64,000 nt of DNA from Octopus vulgaris (Eukaryota). Position numbers and translations under genes: made by a program. The first letter of the stretch is position 1. Each line of letters begins with the position of its first letter. Under the pieces are notes generated by a model. The model was given only the letters and a program-made list of their open reading frames with translations, was not told the origin of the DNA and made no database searches. The stretch covers positions 51,522,001-51,586,000 of the forward strand of contig OX597819.1 in assembly GCA_951406725.2 (NCBI GenBank), in the 5' to 3' direction. Positions 27,835-43,229 of this stretch are shown in pieces.

Positions 27835-27868
<34 letters not shown>

Positions 27869-28239
27869 CATACATATGCATATGTATATGTGTGTGTATG
27901 TGTGTGTGAGTGTATATATAAATGTGTCTGTGTATATATAAATATATAATCAATACACGCACCTATATGTATATATACACGTGCCTATGAGTGTTTTGTA
28001 TGCGTTGTGTATATGTGAGTGTGTGCGCTCGCGTGTGTGTGCGTGTGTGTGTGTGTGTAAATGAGTAGGGTGTATAGTTGAGTGGTTAACGAAATTCGCC
28101 TCAAAATAATGAGGACCCAGTTTCGATCACACCGTATGGCATCTTGAGCAATTGTACAAGGTCTTTCCTAACTTTTCCTATGAAATTGGAGAGATCGAAA
28201 CCGTATATAACACCTCGTTGGTTGGACTTGACCCGCAGT

Positions 28240-28560
28240 AGCATCCGTCAGTTGGGTCGACGAGTGTCCCAATCCATTCGATCAACAGAACAGCCTGTGC
28301 TCGTGAAATTAATTTGAAAGTGGCAGAGTACTCCACAGATACGCGTAACCTTAACGTTCTTTTCAAAGAGATTCAGCATGATACAGACTGTGACAAGGCT
28401 GACCCTTAGAAATACAGGTACTACTCATTTTTGCCAGCTGAGTGGACTGAAATAATTTGAAATAAAATGTCTTGCTCAAGGACATAAATCGTTGCCGGGA
28501 ATCGAACTCACGCCCTTACGATCGTGAGCCGAATACCCTAATCACTAAGCCACGCGCTTT
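28240..28560 (-). mobile_element. SINE with head D and tail D
   Basis: Reverse complement of GCGCGTGGCTTAGTGATTAGGG...GAGTTCGATTCCCGG...CCTTGAGCAAGAC; matches 30800-31123. Confidence 0.85.
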
Positions 28561-28614
28561 TACACTATATCTGTAATTAGAGGCAGTCTTAAGTAATTAT
28601 CTTTTACTTTTTAT

Positions 28615-28897
28615 CGTTTACTTGTTTCAGTCATTGGACTGCGGCCATGCTAGAGCACCACTTTCAAGGATTTTAGTCAAACACATCAACCCCAATACAT
28701 AATATCAAATTTGGTATTTATTCTATCGGTCTTTTTTGCCGAACCCCTAAATTACAGGGACGCAAACAAATTAACACCGGTTCTCAAACGGTGGCGGACG
28801 GGTCAAACAGAGGTAACCACCCCCACAAAAAAACAAATGCACACACACACACATACATACATACATACGTACATACATACATACATACATATATACA

Positions 28898-28948
<51 letters not shown>

Positions 28949-29080
28949 ACTCAGTTTCCGTCTAGGAAATTCACAGACGAGTCATTACTCGATCCGAAGC
29001 CTAAGGAGCAGTAGGACTGAACCTGTAACCACATAGATACAAAACGGGCTTCTTACCCATAACGGTCATGCCTGAGCCTA
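28615..29080 (-). mobile_element. SINE family B, degenerate
   Basis: GTTTCAGTCATTGGACTGCGGCCATGCT, TTCTATCGGTCTTTTTTGCCGAAC and an internal microsatellite. Confidence 0.75.
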
Positions 29081-29739
29081 TAGCTTTAGCCACATACGTC
29101 ATGATTCAATGAGAAAGTAAATTAAGTATATCAAACAACTGGAATAGTCATCGTCGACGAAGACGGAGATCCGCATAATGTGTATAAAAAGCAAATAATA
29201 CCAAAATAAATAGTTAAACAAATGAATGCAACGAAAAAAAAAACCATAAAAATTCAGATGTAAGTTCTTGGGGGAAAAAAAAAAAAAAAACCTTCTCAAT
29301 TGGAATAAAATGCAAGTAGAAAGCTTGCAGGCCAGAATTAGTTCCCTCAATAACTTTCTAAACCATCAAGTAAATGGTCTCTTCTAGTTTTGGTCTTTCA
29401 TTCCACATGTTTTATTTCGTTTTATTTCTTTGGTTCAATTTTTTTTTCTTTCCCTTTCGCTGTCATACTATCCAACCTACCCAAAACCGCTACGTTTTTT
29501 GGAACATTTCTTCTTTGTTCAATGTTTGCTGTTGATGTGTGTATATGGTGGTGGTGGTGGTGGTGGTGGTGGTGGTGGTGGTCGTGGTCGTCGTGGTCGT
29601 GGTGGTGGTGTTAGTTTTTCTGTTATTGTTTCTTTTTTGTTGTTTGGGTTTATTTTTTTGTTTCACCTAAGTGAAATTATTTTTGTCAACTCTTTTTCAC
29701 TGACATTAGAAAAACACAAACTTTCTCCCTCTTTCACAC

Positions 29740-29796
<57 letters not shown>

Positions 29797-29884
29797 AGTA
29801 TAGGCATACATACGGACAAGACTGCACATTCGCATAGACACATCACCTGTTTTTATGTACACAGCATACAAATACAACTATATT

Positions 29885-29984
<100 letters not shown>

Positions 29985-30065
29985 GGCATATACATGTGTT
30001 GGTAAATGTATATTCACACATACATATACGCATGTGTATATATTATATATATATATTATATGCAT

Positions 30066-30135
<70 letters not shown>

Positions 30136-30429
30136 CACACACATACACATACATACCTAAATAAGTACTTTATACTACACTATATTACATATGCAGAGAG
30201 AAATGAGTTTAACATTTACAAAACACCAAAAATATCCAAAACCAGATTGGTTAACTTTAATGTGATACAGTCAGTAGTCGAGATCACATGCATTATGTAA
30301 CTATTGCACTACCACATGAAACAGCCTGTAGCCACATGAGATCTTAAATATCTTCTATATTACACAATAATATATTGCATTCTATCATATGTGAATACAT
30401 ATACATATATACACATATATACAGGCACA

Positions 30430-30516
<87 letters not shown>

Positions 30517-30799
30517 GAAAGCTCACACTCTTATCGTGCATCATTATCAGCACGGTCGAGTCAGCGAAGACCAGATTTTTCGATTTGTTTGTGTCACATT
30601 CATGCCAAATATATTGCATTATTTTTTTTTTTGCACTGGTTCTTCGATTGAAGTTTTCTACTGTAATCGAAGTAAAATATATATATGGCGTATATCTACT
30701 TATATATAAATAGATGTACGCTTGGCTGCATATGGTTGTTCAACGAATTATAACATAGCAAAAATCTCTATGAACTGTGGACCTTCATATCCAAATCGT

Positions 30800-31123
30800 G
30801 AAGGCGCGTGACTTAGTGGTTGGGGTAATCGTCTCACGAACGCAAGGTTGTGAGTTCAATTCCTGGCGACACGTTGTGGCCTTGAGCAAGAAACTTTATT
30901 TCACTTTGATCCAGCTCATTCAGTTAGCAAATTTTCTATTAGTACTTGCATTTCAAATGGCCAGCCTTGTCACACTTTGTGTCACGCTGAATCTCCCTGT
31001 GAACTACGTTAAGAGCACACATGTCTGTGGTGTGCTCAGCCACATGCACGTTAATTTCAGAAGCAAGCTGTTTCATTGATCAGATCAACTGGAACCATCA
31101 CCGTCGCAACCGACGGAGTGCCA
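30800..31123 (+). mobile_element. SINE with head D and tail D
   Basis: GGCGCGTGACTTAGTGGTT, GAGTTCAATTCC, CCTTGAGCAAGAAACTTTATTTCAC, tail CAGCCTTGTCACAC...GACGGAGTGCC. Confidence 0.85.
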
Positions 31124-31168
31124 TTAGTATATCCAAATTTCTCTTCGCCTTTAAATTCTTTTAAAATT

Positions 31169-31375
31169 CTTTTATTTGTTTCAGTCATTTAACTGCGGCC
31201 ATGCTGGAGCACCACCTTTAGTCGAGCAAATCGACCCCAGGACTTATTCTTTGGACGCCTAGTACTTATTCTATCGGTCTCTTTTGCCGAACCGCTAAGC
31301 TACGGAAACGTAAGAACACCAGCATCGGTTGTCAAGCGTAGTTGGGGGAGGGGGCAAACACAGACACACAAACAT

Positions 31376-31457
<82 letters not shown>

Positions 31458-31619
31458 GACGGGCTTCTTTGAGATTCCGTCTTCCAAATCCACTGACAAG
31501 GCTTTGGTCGGCCACGGCTATAGTAGAAGACACTTGCCCAAGGTGCAACGCAGTGGGAATGAACCAGGAACCATGTAGTTGGTAAGCAAGCTACTTACCA
31601 CACATCCACTCCTGCGCCT
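31169..31619 (-). mobile_element. full-length SINE family B
   Basis: Reverse complement of AGGCGCAGGAGTGG...GCACCTTGGGCAAGTGTCTTCT (CORE-like)...(TA)n...CAGCATGGCCGCAGTTAAATGACTGAAAC. Confidence 0.92.
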
Positions 31620-32267
31620 TTGATTACTATACACCTTAAAACATTGCAGTATCGGAGAATGCAAGTTTCGTCTTTCTGTGCTCACCCTTAAGACAGCAGG
31701 GCAGTGCAGATAGGTTGCTCTCACCACATTTTAAAAAAACATATGTCTTTCCCAGATGTACGTTTTGACTAAAAACTAGAGGACCAAACCTCAGAAGAAG
31801 TCGTCCTGTGTGCTCGTTCATCATACCGATTATTTTTATTTTCCCGAGTACTCGACAGTATTGAAAGTGGAGAGTTGACCCTCTTTTTGATATTTGTTCT
31901 GTTGGGTTTCTACTTACCCCCATATTTTGTCTTGTGATGGGATACCGTGTTTATCATCAACTATCCGAATATGTCACAAGTCGTACTATTAGCAGTAGCA
32001 CACAAAGCAACCTGGCAATCTATCTATCTATCTGTGAATTGTGTGTGTGTGTATTAGATTGGGTTGCGCATGTTCAGGTCCACAGCAGGACCAGAAATTT
32101 AAATTTTTCTTTATATGTATTAATATTTTATTAAATTTCTAAATATTTTTTGTTGTTGTTGTTGTTTATGACTGCCATTATTAATAATTTTGATACCAAT
32201 TTTAAAGTTTTTCGCATTAGTAAATTCATCTTTAATACCTTCTTTTTAATAGTTACACCTGCACATA

Positions 32268-32668
32268 AGGCGGAGGAGAGCTGGCAGAACCGTTAGCACG
32301 CCGGGCGAGATGCATAGCCGTTGTTCGTCTGTCGATACGTTCTGAGTTCAAATTCCGCCGAGGTCGACTTTGCCTTTCATTCTTTCGGGGTCGATTAAAT
32401 AAGTACCAGTTACGCACCAGGGTCGATATAATCGACTTAATACGTTTTTCTGTCCTTGTTTGTCCTCTCTGTGTTTAGCCCCTTGTGGGTAGTAAAGAAA
32501 TAGGTAATTCGTCTGCCGTTACGTTCTGAGATCAAATTCCGCCGAGGTCGACTTTGCCTTTCATCCTTTCGCAGTCGATAAAATAAGTACCAGTTATGCA
32601 CTGGGGTCGATGCAATCGATTTATCCCTTCCCTCAAAATTGCTGGCCTTGTGCCAAAATTTGAAATCA
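32268..32668 (+). mobile_element. tandem SINE family A dimer: full copy plus a headless copy with a different tail
   Basis: 32268-32502 ends GCCCCTTGTGGGTAGTAAAGAAAT. 32503-32668 repeats the body and ends AAATTGCTGGCCTTGTGCCAAAATTTGAAATC. Confidence 0.88.
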
Positions 32669-33083
32669 CTATTTATACTTAAGCAGTGTTTTGAACGATT
32701 GTAGTGAATTGTTCGAAATAGGAGGCGTTATTTTCGAATTAAAGGGTCGGAACTCTTTTTACTCCCTACATAACTGTCGTATATAACGGTATATTCTTAG
32801 GTTATTTGAATTAAATTTGCACCAAAGCAGCCATATTATGCGAATGTCAGCGCGTGGTTTACTGATTGGGGTCTCAGGAAACATAATATGTTCTGCCTCT
32901 TTTATATTTCTTTTACTATGGTTTCCCTGAAATATAGAAATTTCTTTCCCTATCTCTATTTTCATTTCCATTTTGGTACTAACTGTATGCATACATACAT
33001 ACATATATATGTGTGTGTTTGTATGCATGCATGCATGTATGTAAGTGTGTTTGTTTGCATGTATGTATGTATGTATATACACG

Positions 33084-33118
<35 letters not shown>

Positions 33119-33269
33119 TCGTGCATTCCTTTATTTTGATTTAAACTTTTCGATGTTTGCCCTATTTTGACCTCTTAGGTGTCACCTAGTTTCTCTTTAT
33201 AAGACTTTCACATTCATGCGGTGTTATAGATGTAGTTCCTATGTTCTACTGTTCTTGTGTAAGTTTAAC

Positions 33270-33991
33270 TTTAGCGAGGAATCTACAAAGTATAATAAAT
33301 CAGGAGTCCCTATAAGACATATCGTCAGTTGTAGACTCGGCATGCCATCTACTAAACTGATTTCTGGTTGGCATTATTATCTTGCTTTCCATGGAAAAAA
33401 ATTCATATATGCACAATCCAACGCATCCCAGAATGGCATGACAAATATCTCCTTTTAAATTACCATCCATTATAGTGGTGAGCTTGTTTACATTAGTTGG
33501 CAGGCGAGGCAATGTCGATTGTAGAATCAAAGCAGAAAAATTCTCAAATCTTCATTGAAAGCATTAAAAACGGTTCATAATACAATAGCATTATGGTAAA
33601 GACTGGCTAATTTCAAAATCGATAAAGCAGTTTGCCATAAATAGAAGTGATAACTATGGGCTTACCATTATCACTAATAATTGCATGGCTTACCAAGAAA
33701 ACTAATCGCTGAAAGACGTAGCTTGGTTAAGATACGTGGAAGACATTTTCGCACTCAAACAACACGAAGAGAACGTCCACGTTCTTGTAGACTATATGGA
33801 ATCACAACATATATCAATTCAGTAGACCACGGGAAAGGAAATCAATAGCCAAATGTCATTTTGATGTACAGTTGAAGACGTCAAAAGCAGGAGTCAAAAC
33901 ATCTGTTTATCACATACTTGATACAAATCTTGTGATTATCAGTGTACATACAGCGTTCAAAAAGAATTGAGAAATGTGTACATTTCAAACA

Positions 33992-34079
<88 letters not shown>

Positions 34080-34650
34080 GTATGTGTATGTGTATGTGTG
34101 TATTGGATTGGGTTGCCCATGTTCAGTCCACAGGAGAACGAAGTTGTGAATTTGAGCTTGAGATTAAATTGGATTAATGAGTCTACACACACAAAAAGCA
34201 AAAACTGAAAAAAGTGTTGATGAATAACAAATACTAAATTTATCATATAAAACCCACAGTCAGTCAGAAGTACAAAGTAGAGGTCGAACCTTATTTCAAG
34301 AGATTGACTGTAAGCATTCAGAGAATCGGCAACCCTTGCAATATCAAAACTTGTTATAAACGTGACACTAAGCATCCCACAGTTTGTCTCTGTCCATCTG
34401 AACTTAGCCAATAATGACTAGAGCAGAGGAACAGTACCGATAAGATCCCCATGAATTTATGACATGTCTTATACAGGAGAAACTGAAAAGCTCTTTAAGG
34501 AATATTGGAAAATCATAGTGAGAACAGGTTGAACATTAATGGTGAGAATCCAAGAAGCATAAAATTTTAATGAAAGCCCAATCAAGGAGTACTGTGACAG
34601 CAATAATTAATTTTTGTGCTGCGACGGTGAACTGGAATACCTGTATTCTT
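33270..34650 (+). pseudogene. old decayed PLE (RT plus GIY-YIG), a different family from copies 1-3
   Basis: Broken frames give KSGVPIRHIVS, SLFTLV, TMGLPLS, WLRYVEDIF (RYVDD site) and DKIP..YTGETE. Confidence 0.72.
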
Positions 34651-34887
34651 GTGGATTACTTATAGACCAGGATTACCAGAGTGGCGGAATTGTGTTGCCG
34701 TGAATTGAACTGTCTTCCTTCGTTCTTTTTCTCTGCTCTGTTTTTCTGGTTCTTTTTTTTTTTGTGTGTGTTTTTTATTGAACTTTTATATGGAATATTT
34801 GAACTTTGTGTTGAACCTTTTTCTTTCTTTATTTTTGCAAGCATGGCAACAAAGAAAAACACTGTACAGGAGTGGAAAATATTACAT

Positions 34888-35075
34888 CCAGCATCGCTTG
34901 ACAACCGATGCTGGTCGTGTTTACGTCCCCGTAACTTAGCGGTTCGGCAAAAGGGACCCGATAGAATAGATACCAGGCTTACAAAGACTAAGTCCCGGGG
35001 TCGATTTGCTCGACTAAAGGCGATACCCCAGCATGGCCGCAGTCAAATGACTGAAACAAGTTAAAGAATAAAAGA
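34888..35075 (+). mobile_element. SINE family B, 3' half
   Basis: CATCGCTTGACAACCGATGCTGG...AACTTAGCGGTTCGGCAAAAG...CAGCATGGCCGCAGTCAAATGACTGAAAC. Confidence 0.85.
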
Positions 35076-35290
35076 ATATAGACAGCCGACAACTGATGAA
35101 GGGTCATTCTTTGTGTTATTTGTCCTGCATTCTGTTTGGTTCTCTCGTTGTTTGCGTATTGAACTCATTTATTTCTGTATTTCATGTTGTTCACTGTTGG
35201 TGACGCCCTGTACCCATATATGCATATGTATGTGTGTGTGTGCGTGTGTGTGAGTGTGTGTATGTGTACATATATGATGCAGCACGGAAT

Positions 35291-35341
35291 TTTGTCAGTG
35301 AACAGGTCGCGGTCTCAAAGCGACGAAAATATTTTGACAAA
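35291..35341 (+). ncRNA. type I HHR, G3-C8 swapped core, in a ~200-bp solo pLTR-like repeat (about 35277-35480)
   Basis: TTTGTCA-GTGAACA-g-GTCGC(ggtctcaaa)GCGAC-GAAA-ATAT-TT^TGACAAA; 7-bp helix I, 5-bp helix II, palindromic AATATT helix III. Confidence 0.75.
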
Positions 35342-35479
35342 TTAAATTGAAATGTTGAAGTGAATCTAACGGATTTTGTTTTTCTTAAATGGCTTATAAA
35401 CACCTTCCACGCTGCAATTGTTTTCGTTCCAGCATACGAACTCAGATCAGGTCAATTGCTATGCAAGTACATCTCCGTA

Positions 35480-35554
<75 letters not shown>

Positions 35555-36424
35555 CATACATATATATATATAATATGTGTACGTGCGCATACGGATACAT
35601 ATATAATAGATTATCTCTCTCGCCATCTCTATCTTTCCTCTGATCTCTCTCTCACTCATTAACTCTCTCTCCCTCTCTCTCTCTCTCGCTCTCTCTTTCT
35701 GTACCTCTCGCTCTGACACACACTTTTTAATTCCTGTTGCCATACACATATGAATAGATCAGTGTACGCACGATTTTCTAGATAATCTGAGATATCGACG
35801 TAGTGATGCTGACTTTGATGCTGTTGGTATTTTTTGTGTTCTCGTGCTTGTTGTTGTTGTTGTTGATTATGAGATGGTGATGGTAATGATGATGATGGCA
35901 GCTATTGTGTTTGCTCTTGTTCCTGGGGACAATAGTGCGGTCAGTTGTGGTGGTTGTCTTGGTGGTTTAGTGATTGTAAAGGCGGTGGTGGTAAAGGTGT
36001 TGATAATGATGGTGGTGGTGGTGGTGGTGGAGGTGGTGGTGACGTTACTGTTAGCCGACATGATGGTTTTGTTCCGTGTCTGATAATGTATGTAAAATTG
36101 TGAATGTGTATGTTTATATAAGTACCACGTATTTGCATCTCTGTCACTGATTGTGGTAATGGTTTGTCTCTCCACAAAAGTGTGTGTGTGTGTGTGTTTT
36201 TGCATGTTTATGTGTATGTGTGTGTGTGTATTTGTGTCTCCGTGCGTGTGTTTGTCAGGCGATAGCGGCGATGGTGGCGATCGGACTGGCGACCGAACGG
36301 ATTCGGACAAGATAAAATATTCATATTTATGTACTAATATAACAAATGTCGAGCGTATTTGTGAATATTGCACACTTACAAACGCACCACACGTAACAAC
36401 GTATACAATTCTGAATCAGATATG

Positions 36425-36499
<75 letters not shown>

Positions 36500-36509
36500 C
36501 ACACACACA

Positions 36510-36588
<79 letters not shown>

Positions 36589-36612
36589 TATATATACATA
36601 CACACACACAAA

Positions 36613-36677
<65 letters not shown>

Positions 36678-36896
36678 TATATAAATGCATATACACACAC
36701 ATATATATATATACATATACACAGATATATGTATATATATATGTGCGCGTGTGTGTGTATGTATATATGTGTGTGTGAGTGTGCGTGTGTGTGTGTGTAT
36801 GTGCGGGGTGTGTGTGTATCAGTATATCAATATGTTTTTAAGCACCTATGTTTGTATGAAATATATGTAAGTGTATGTAACTATACATACATACCC

Positions 36897-36958
<62 letters not shown>

Positions 36959-37491
36959 ACATATATATATATATATGTATATATATGTATGTATACATAT
37001 ATGTATACGTATATATATATTTATGTATATATGTATATGTATATATATATGCATGTATATTTATTTATATATATATATATATACATATATGTGTGTGTGT
37101 GTGTGTGTGTATACATATATACTAACATGCAATGAGAAATTTACTTACATAAATACATGCATATATGCGTATGTTCATACATGTGTGCTTCTGTGTGTGT
37201 GTCTATGCATCTGTGTCCGTGTGTACGTGTGTGTACTGTGTGCTTAAATCACACAACATTATCTTTAAAATTTTATTGTATAATATAGCTTAATTGCCTG
37301 GAAAACAATACTGGACGTTCACGCTTGGAGAGACCTTGAACACAAATCTGCTCAATCAGGATGGGCTACGGGTGACACGCCAGTATCAACTTGTTTGCAT
37401 GGGTGCGAGTTCCTGCATGAGCTTGTGTGTATGTATCTGTGTGTGAGAGTGTATATTTAAACTTCCACAGAAAAACACGCTCGCGAACACA

Positions 37492-37551
<60 letters not shown>

Positions 37552-37702
37552 GGTATGTAGGTATGTATGTATGTGTATGTATCTACAATATATATAGAAA
37601 GAAATAGATACGTAGATAGATAGATACATAAATAGACAGATAGATAGATAATATACACGTATAGATCTGCATATAAATATACATGTACATATATATGACC
37701 AC

Positions 37703-37748
<46 letters not shown>

Positions 37749-37857
37749 CACTCATATATATATATGTAAAATACATGTAAATATAAATATATATTATATA
37801 TTTGTATATATATGCATACATACACACGTACATATAAATAAATATATACATACCTAT

Positions 37858-37905
<48 letters not shown>

Positions 37906-38217
37906 GCACACACATTATATACATATATACATATATAATTCATGTCTGTTTGGAAAAGTCATTGTCAGAGTAACAATATATGTAAGTGTCGGCATGCCAT
38001 ACATCCGATTCAGAACACAACCTCGTCTTGTTGTCTACAGAATTTGGTTGGCTGTCAAAATCAGGAATCACTGAAGATATTACATTTTCTGCAGAACAAC
38101 TAGAACGTTCGGTTTGCAGCTACGAATGTGCGACGAATGAACGTTTGTATAAACAGATTGTGAGATACGAATGTATGTATGTATGTATGTATGTATGTAT
38201 GTATGTATGTATGTATG

Positions 38218-38251
<34 letters not shown>

Positions 38252-38467
38252 CGTACGCATGTATGTATGTATTTACGTATGTAAGAATAGATGCATAGAT
38301 GTATGTATGAATGTGTACTTTCCTGCGTGTGTGTGTGTATATATATATAGATATATATGCATACATATATATGTATGTGTGTGTGTGCGTATGTGCATGT
38401 AAATATATGTATGTATATATGTGTATATATATATATAAATATATGCATTTATATATCCATATAGATA

Positions 38468-38539
<72 letters not shown>

Positions 38540-38861
38540 CGGTACGTGTATGTATATGTAAACATGTATATAACTATATATGTATATATATATAAATATA
38601 TATATATATATACACATATATATACACACTAGATATGCATTAGTGTGTGAATATACATATAAAGATATATACACTCTTCTTTATATATATGTATACATAT
38701 ATATATATATATATAACATTTGTTTCATAAATAAATACGCGTGTATATATATGCATGTGTGTGTGTGTATGTATCTACGTATGTATATACATATATGCAC
38801 GTATGCTTATATATATATGTCTGTATCTCTGTTCGAGTTTTTTTTTTGGCGTGTATGTATG

Positions 38862-38922
<61 letters not shown>

Positions 38923-39189
38923 ATGTGTGTGAGCATGGGTGTAAAGTTACACATGTGTGTATATGCACGTGCGTTAATATGTATGCGTTGAGACAAATAG
39001 AGTGGAAGAGAGGTAGCAGAGACAGATAAAAAAAAATGGTGAGTCTTGGAGAGAAAAAGTAAAGAAGCTGGAAAATAGAAGAAAAAAAAAGAACAGAATT
39101 TAACTGAGAACGATGGATATTATATTGGTTGCACGGATATTTAGCTTTCATCTTTTGTCTGGTCGCGAGGAAAATATATGAAGAAGATG

Positions 39190-39203
39190 GTAATAATAAT
39201 AAC

Positions 39204-39256
<53 letters not shown>

Positions 39257-39326
39257 CAACAACGACAACAACAACAACATTAACAACACCGGCAAAATAA
39301 TAATAGTAATAATAATGATGATGACA

Positions 39327-39397
<71 letters not shown>

Positions 39398-39423
39398 GGT
39401 GATGATGATGATGATGATGAAGA

Positions 39424-39501
<78 letters not shown>

Positions 39502-39510
39502 GGATGATGT
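39190..39510. repeat. compound (AAT)n(AAC)n(ATG)n(GTG)n microsatellite
   Basis: Read directly; explains the poly-N/M/H/S ORFs. Confidence 0.95.
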
Positions 39511-39885
39511 ATTTTTTTTTTTTTTTTGTATATTATAATATAGATATCTGTTATCTGAAAACAAGATATAACAAAATTGAGCCGAAACCTCACTTGGAAC
39601 AAATATGAGAAGAAAGCAGAAGGCGAAGTTGGTAAGAACAACGCTATACTTGCAGCAATAGTGACCATAATAATCCTGAAACAGCATGAAACAACAGCCA
39701 AATCACCCTCGAAATTACACTACATTGTTTGACAAGAAGGAGGCTTTGACTGTGTTGTTTGTGACGACGTTAGTGGTAGAATTGCATCGCATTACCTGCA
39801 ATTAGCAGGTATTATAAGTCTTGTGTGTTCTTGGGTTTATGGCGATAGGATGTTTGAACTTAAATCTGCAATTTATTACCTCATT

Positions 39886-40283
39886 GGCGCAGGTGTGGCT
39901 CTGTAGTAGCAAATTTGTTTCCTAATTGCATGGTCCCGGTTTCAGTCCCACCAGGTTGTACCTTGAGCAAGTGTGTTCTGTTATAGTTACAGATCAGCCA
40001 AAACCATACGAATTGATTTAGTAGACGCAAACTGTGTGGAAATCCGTTGCAAATATGTATGTGTCTGTCTGTCTGTCTGTGTGTTTGCATTTGGGCTTTC
40101 CTCCCATCACTTCTTGACAACCGGTGTTAGTTTATTTGTGTCTCCGTCACTTTACGGTTCGACAAAAAGAGACCGATAGTATAAGTACCAGGCTTTAAAA
40201 ATAAGCACTAGAATGGATCTGTTCAACTAAACCGTACAAGGTGTTGCCCCAGCATGGCCGCAGTTCAGTAACTGAAACATGAA
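39886..40283 (+). mobile_element. SINE family B, diverged
   Basis: GGCGCAGGTGTGGCTCTG head, CCTTGAGCAAGTG, GGTTCGACAAAAAGAGACCGATAG, tail CCCCAGCATGGCCGCAGTTCAGTAACTGAAAC. Confidence 0.82.
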
Positions 40284-42800
40284 AAAGATAATAGATAAAC
40301 TCATAAAACTTATAAAACACTCGACAGTTATGCAGTGCTGCCGCTGTTTTATCTCTTTGCAGACAAGTAAATATCAACGTTATAGAGAGAGAAAATTTCA
40401 TTGATAGAATCCGAAATCGTGAATTTTCACTTAGTAATTTAAACATCCTACTGATTCGATCAGAAGGGACTCAACAAAATTATATTCTCTTATAATTGTG
40501 ACATGTTTTATGTCGATGGCAAACACGCTTCAGTTGATATCAAGTCTTCTCATAGTCCCTTACTCCTTTCTCAGTAAATTAATCTCAGGATGGCTACAAT
40601 GGATTCACTAACAAATCAAAGTGGAATGGAGTGGCTGTAATAGAGAAGTTAAAAGCTCGGCGATTTGATTTATATTGCAAGGCTGAGCAGTGAAGATGAA
40701 ACATGTATTTGCTAGAGTTAATCAAAGGGTTAGTTAATATTGCTGCTGCAGCGATATATTGGTTTGCTCTTAGTCTTCTCATCTTTATCTTGGCATTTGA
40801 ATTCGACAGAAAAAAAGTTCCAGACTGACAGCACATACACACACACGCACACACGCACACACGCACACACACTCATATATATATATAAGCTTCTTTTTAA
40901 TGATAACGAACTGTTTCACTCCTTGGTAGTGATATCATCGTGAAAAACAGTTTGAAACTTGTAAGATTAGCTTGAATCAAAGGACTTATATATTTCACAT
41001 ATCAAAGATAGTCAAAATTGAAATATCTGTTAATAGTCAATCCACAAATGTCAAAGGGTACGGGAAATTGCATTGCTTAATAGACTGAATTATAGTTACA
41101 AGTGATTTACCATTATGCATTCGGTGCAAATAATCGGTGCGCAAAAGGTGAATTGAAATTGAAATTTCTTTCTTTCAGATATAAAGACATAATTGATGAG
41201 CTCAGAGCGATGTTATGTTGCATATCCGTCCAACGCATGCTAAGCATAATGAAACGGACATAAATGCGATGATATATGTTGCAATGATTTCAGGAAGAGT
41301 GATAACACTACCAGTAACACAATTACATTAGCAATTATAATCATTAGCAACCATCGCCATAAGAACGTTAGCAACACTTCGGTCACAGCAACACCAGCAG
41401 CAAGGACACTGACAGAGAACACTAATCAAAAATTACAAACTTTCAGGAAAAAAAATAACAAGAAGAAAGCTACTTCCCAAAAGAAAACTCTGTGAAAACA
41501 CTTTCTACCGGCTCCTAACTGATCGTGTTCAACTCTCAAACATGTCTGCGAAACTAAATTTTCATTACTTTTTTCCACCATAACGTGAACATATATAGTG
41601 ATGTTTATTCAACACTGATGTAGTCAGAATGAAACCGAAACACACTCGGAATTGTTCGCTGTTATTGCTTAAAATATTATTATTACTCGTTGATTAACGT
41701 TGTTTTTATCTCACCTTGTATCTTTTCTAGTTAACTTTCTAAAATACTCCTTGCGTTAAATATATTAATGCTAACGTAAGTTAACTGTTGTGAAGCATTT
41801 ATTTTGGTGTTCCTATTGTCCCTGTTGATCCCAACTACTTATAACCAGTAGTATATAGTGGTTGTAGCACCTCTCTTCGGCAGTTGGAGTTGACACCACC
41901 CAGCCTCGACAGAATTACTTCCTTTATGTTGGTTGTTACAATAAAACAATTTCAAATTGATATATTTAAGGCTTTTAATGAAAACACTGTTTCTGTATTA
42001 CAATACTTAAGTGAAAGCGTCGCCATAAGGAATACAAGTTATCGTTAAGAAAACTGACACAAAATAGAATTCAAACAGTCGTATGTAACGAGACAGTGCA
42101 AATAATAACTGGAAATATTCTCATATTGCTGACATCGTAATACTCTATAACATGTCTATGGACAGGTGTACAGAGCATCACCATGTCTGCCTGTCTCTTT
42201 CGCCTGATTCTCAGTTTTAAAACCCAGACACTTGTTTCCGTAAGCCCTACCGCGGTCGAAAGAGCATACATCTTGTTCCTCTTCAGACAATGTTCATTAC
42301 AACTCTTCTTTTCCGAGCATATTGAAAACTCTTCCGTTATTCATAAAACAGCGGAATATTATCTTGCTCCTCGATCTTTCCTTCGTAAATTCTTCAAGGA
42401 AGGACAAGTTGTCTCTCGAAATATATCTCAAACATACTTTTCTTTGAACTTGCTCATATCAAGCAGCTCCTTATGACACACGACGCTTGTAAAAGTTGGA
42501 TAGTTATTGATGCAACTGGTTGTTATATTGTTAGCCTCTTTATGTGTGGTTTCTATTGTGTAACTGTAAGGTCACTGCTTGGTTCTTTTTTCTTTTATTT
42601 TTTATTCTTTTATTTGCTAATGTCATTGGACTGTGGTTATGCTGAAGCACTTTTCTGAATGGTTTAATCGAATTAATTCAGACCAATACCTATTTTCTGT
42701 CTCCAACGTTTTGCTGGAATGCTAAATTACGAGGGAGTAAATAAGCCAACGCCAGTTGTCAAGCGGTATGGGAACAAACCACAAACACACTTACACATAT

Positions 42801-42886
<86 letters not shown>

Positions 42887-43229
42887 ACACACACACACAT
42901 GTACGATGAGCTTCAGCTTTCCTGACGAAAGGAAACCATTGGGGTGGTACTTACAATATATTCGACTCATAGCGGGACTATCCTAATTGCAAAAATAGTT
43001 GGAAGCGATCGGATATTGAACGAATACGTGCAAAACAGTTTTACCGCACTGCGAGCATCTCGATCAGATCCAATTCATGACGTCTCCGCTCCTGTAGAGT
43101 TTATCCCGTACCTACAGTATTCCCAGGCAGCTTATGGCTCGGTTCTTGTCAACCAATAATCCTCTATAGTTTACAATGGTTGGTACTCTACTGGTTGCAT
43201 TGCTTCATTGCTAGAAATATGCCAATGCC

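Noticed and set aside
40590-40800. Possible enhancer (TGATTTAT plus two ATCAAAG sites)
   Set aside because: Short motifs like these are expected by chance in AT-rich DNA; cannot be supported without conservation data.
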